A stretch of DNA of 10,184 nucleotides from Candidatus Jordarchaeia archaeon (lineage in GTDB: Archaea; Asgardarchaeota; Jordiarchaeia; Jordiarchaeales; Jordiarchaeaceae): the NCBI GenBank assembly GCA_029856435.1, contig JAHQXB010000056.1, forward strand, positions 1 to 10,184. The letters run 5' to 3'. The notes below the pieces were generated by a model that did no database searches, was not told the origin of the DNA, and was given only the letters and a program-made list of their open reading frames with translations. Below are positions 7,960 to 10,184 of this stretch, piece after piece (within the stretch, counting starts at the first letter, position 1; the number at the start of each line of letters is the position of its first letter). A program made the translations under genes and the position numbers.

Positions 7960-9273
7960 ATGAGTAAGCCTAATTATAGAGAAATAAAATTTCCCAAAGG
8001 TTTCCTCTGGGGCGCCGCAACCTCAGCCCACCAGGTTGAGGGCAACAACACCAACAACCAGTGGTGGGCATGGGAACAGGAAGGGGGACACATAAGTGAC
8101 GGTTCCGTGTCTGGACGTGCCTGCGACCACTACCACCTCTACGAACAAGATTTCAACCTCGTTAAGGAGCTGGGCCACAACGTTCACCGTTTCTCCATAG
8201 AGTGGAGCCGCATAGAACCAAAGGAGGGCAAGTGGAGCGAGAAAGAAATAGAACACTACCGTAAAGTGGTTGAGGCCCTTAGGGAGAGAAACATTATTCC
8301 AATGGTTACTTTGCACCACTTTACTAATCCCCTCTGGTTGGAGGAGAAGGGTGCATGGCTGAACCCCAAGACTGTTGACTATTTTGAGCGCTACACCAGA
8401 AAAGTGGTGGAGACAATGGGCGACCTTATACCCTTTTATAACACCATAAATGAGCCGGTTTGGGTAGCCTACGCCAACTATGCTCTGGGAGTGCACCCCC
8501 CATGCCACACTGATATGAACGAGTTTTACATCGCGGGAAAACACTTTCTTATGGCTCATGGAAAAAGCTACAACGCCATACACGAAACCGTTAAGGACAT
8601 GGGATTTAAAGTTAAGCCCCAAGTGGGTATAGTTAAGCAGATGATGTACTATGACCCAGTGGATCCCCAAGTGAAGGAGGACGTGGATGAAGCAGATAGA
8701 TTAGATGAGTTGACTAATAGATGGTTCCTTGACGGAATCCATAGTGGAATCATTAGGCGTCCGTTCGGTGAAGGCGAAGAATTGGACTACCTCAGAGGTT
8801 CTTGGGACTTTATCGGAGTAAACTACTACACCAGAACCCAAGTCACAACGAGACTTAGCGATCCTAAAGTTCTGGAGCTAATGGTGTCCCGTGTGGGAGA
8901 AACCACAGACATGTATGAGGTGTACCCTGAGGGACTATATAAACAGCTCATGTCTGTTAAAAAGTATGGAAAACCGGTCTACGTGACTGAGAATGGAATA
9001 GCCACCAAGGACGACAATCAGCGATGCCGATACATTCTAACCCACCTAAAAATTGTCCACCAAGCAATTCGAGACGGAGTGAACCTGAAAGGATACATTT
9101 ACTGGTCACTAATGGACAACTTTGAGTGGAGCTTCGGCTATTCAATGAGATTCGGACTAGTAGAGATAAACTATGAAACACTAGAAAGAAAACCACGCCC
9201 CAGCGCCTACCTCTACAGAGACATAATAAAAAGTAACAAAATCACCACCCAACAATTCCAAAAATACTTCTAA
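7960..9273 (+). CDS. Glycoside hydrolase family 1 beta-glycosidase (paralog B)
   Basis: Same GH1 motifs (TINEP, VTENG, DNFEW). 87/96 aa identical to paralog A over codons 11-106. Confidence 0.97.
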   Translation: MSKPNYREIKFPKGFLWGAATSAHQVEGNNTNNQWWAWEQEGGHISDGSVSGRACDHYHLYEQDFNLVKELGHNVHRFSIEWSRIEPKEGKWSEKEIEHYRKVVEALRERNIIPMVTLHHFTNPLWLEEKGAWLNPKTVDYFERYTRKVVETMGDLIPFYNTINEPVWVAYANYALGVHPPCHTDMNEFYIAGKHFLMAHGKSYNAIHETVKDMGFKVKPQVGIVKQMMYYDPVDPQVKEDVDEADRLDELTNRWFLDGIHSGIIRRPFGEGEELDYLRGSWDFIGVNYYTRTQVTTRLSDPKVLELMVSRVGETTDMYEVYPEGLYKQLMSVKKYGKPVYVTENGIATKDDNQRCRYILTHLKIVHQAIRDGVNLKGYIYWSLMDNFEWSFGYSMRFGLVEINYETLERKPRPSAYLYRDIIKSNKITTQQFQKYF

Positions 9274-9480
9274 CACATCATTAACACAGTGAAGTGCTTT
9301 TTATAGGGGAACCGCTTATTACCCCCTTCCCCGCCCTCATTTATTCACCTCAAAAAATTTTGGTTTCCCTCCGCCACCTGATTTAAACACATTTACATAA
9401 AAGGAGGGAAAAATAACCCTGAAAAGAACCAAAACATTCCACAAACACAACAAGCTTATACACGCTCTAGAGCTAACATT

Positions 9481-9645
9481 CCTATTAGGGTTCTAGTCTA
9501 CGAGGTCAAAGGTAGACATATGTAGACCCGGGGCTTCACCACATCATTCACACCCCTCACGGGCTTAGGGGTTCTTCTGCTTCACCCCATCAAGGGCAAC
9601 CCACCCAAAGTTGAACTCCTTTTGTGGGGAAACTCCCCCCACCAT
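9481..9645 (-). ncRNA. Probable IS607 right end / TnpB omegaRNA scaffold
   Basis: Overlaps and follows the tnpB 3' end. Minus-strand stems GTGGGG/CCCCAC, CCCCT/AGGGG and GGGG..CCCC, followed by short GTCTAC/GTAGAC repeats at 9496, 9512 and 9522. The exact right end is not determinable; a candidate GG is at 9481-9482. Confidence 0.55.
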
Positions 9646-10184
9646 ATGACAAATGTTTATCCAAGCGTTTGAGCTGCCGATATATTTTGGGGCCGCATTT
9701 GGGGCACCTGAAAACCCTGTGGCTCCTTAGAGTTTTATTCCGTCCTCCGCATCTGCTACGGGTTTTCTAGGTGTACCCCCGGGCGATAGATTAGCAGGAT
9801 CTTTGCTATGGTTTTTTGCCGCCATGTTCCCTGATAATTTATGGTTTTATCGGTGTTTTTCCTCAATTTTTAATATTTCTACCTTTTAAGTGGTGAGAAA
9901 CAGTTTTAAGAAGCGCCAAAAAAGGGCCCAAAAACAAGAGATTTTGCGGATCCATCGCCCGGGCTGCCCTCCACCACTGGGGCCCAGCCCCTCATCAGGG
10001 AGACCAGTAGCCGCCAGCCGGCCTCTCCCAGCCTGCGGTTCCACTTCTTGTGGTGTTTCTCTTGCATTTTTGCTTCTCCAGTTTTTCAAACCCGTGCGGG
10101 GAAGGCGGTGGCCAGGTGTTTTGCCAGGAGACACAAGTAGTTTTTTTCGCGGCTCCTTCACCTTCTTGTGTATTTCTGGTAGGG
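9565..10184 (-). pseudogene. tnpB: IS607/IS200-IS605-type TnpB (RNA-guided nuclease family) remnant, continues beyond the right edge
   Basis: Spliced across frames: YQKYTRR*RSREKNYLCLLAKHLATAFP / HGFEKLEKQK (RuvC-II Glu at 10085-10087) / MQEKHHKKWNRRLGEAGWRLLVSLMRGWAPVVEGSPG / [insert] / GYT*KTRSRCGGRNKTLRSHRVFRCPKCGPKIYRQL / NAWINICHMVGGVSPQ...NP*. Shows the Zn-finger and RuvC-III pattern with several frameshifts and stops. Confidence 0.9.
9784..9957. mobile_element. 174-bp MITE-like insertion inside tnpB
   Basis: Flanked by CCCGGG direct repeats (9778-9783, 9958-9963). Ends CGATAGATTAGCAGGATCT and revcomp CGATGGATCCGCAAAATCT match at 14/19. About 37% GC versus about 53% (9661-9780) and 73% (9961-10020) in the flanks. 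It splits the tnpB VVEGSPG-YTxKT motif. Confidence 0.78.

Noticed and set aside
2936-8277. Recent gene conversion between the GH1 paralogs
   Set aside because: 40 of 87 conserved codons differ synonymously in the most similar block, which points to purifying selection rather than recent homogenisation.
8023-9196. 215-aa minus ORF 8023..8670 and the 79-aa ORF 8957..9196
   Set aside because: They overlap GH1-B and have no motif. The long open antisense frame fits the scarcity of T-ending codons in that part of GH1-B.
9886-10161. 91-aa minus ORF in the track
   Set aside because: Off-frame read through the tnpB relic that runs into the MITE. Not a real gene.
1-10184. CRISPR array, tRNA or rRNA
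   Set aside because: No regularly spaced repeats and no cloverleaf or rRNA signatures seen.

Overview
Archaeal-looking accessory region, judged from TATA boxes, GAGGTG-type Shine-Dalgarno (SD) sites with GTG/TTG starts, and about 40% GC. It is bracketed by two decayed IS607-family pieces that the ORF track largely misses: a frameshifted serine-recombinase tnpA running off the left edge, and a multiply disrupted tnpB at the right edge with its probable omegaRNA/right end. That tnpB is interrupted by a 174-bp MITE-like insert with imperfect terminal inverted repeats (TIRs) at a duplicated CCCGGG site. Between the two pieces lie a small HEAT-repeat gene, a MaoC/HadA-like hot-dog protein, a creatininase-family amidohydrolase and two paralogous GH1 beta-glycosidases. 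The two GH1 genes flank a minus-strand pair: a superoxide reductase and a P3A-type plasma-membrane H+-ATPase. The GH1 paralogs show a strongly one-directional synonymous divergence (T/G versus C/A) that reverses along the gene. All counts and alignments were done by hand from the sequence, and no database searches were run.
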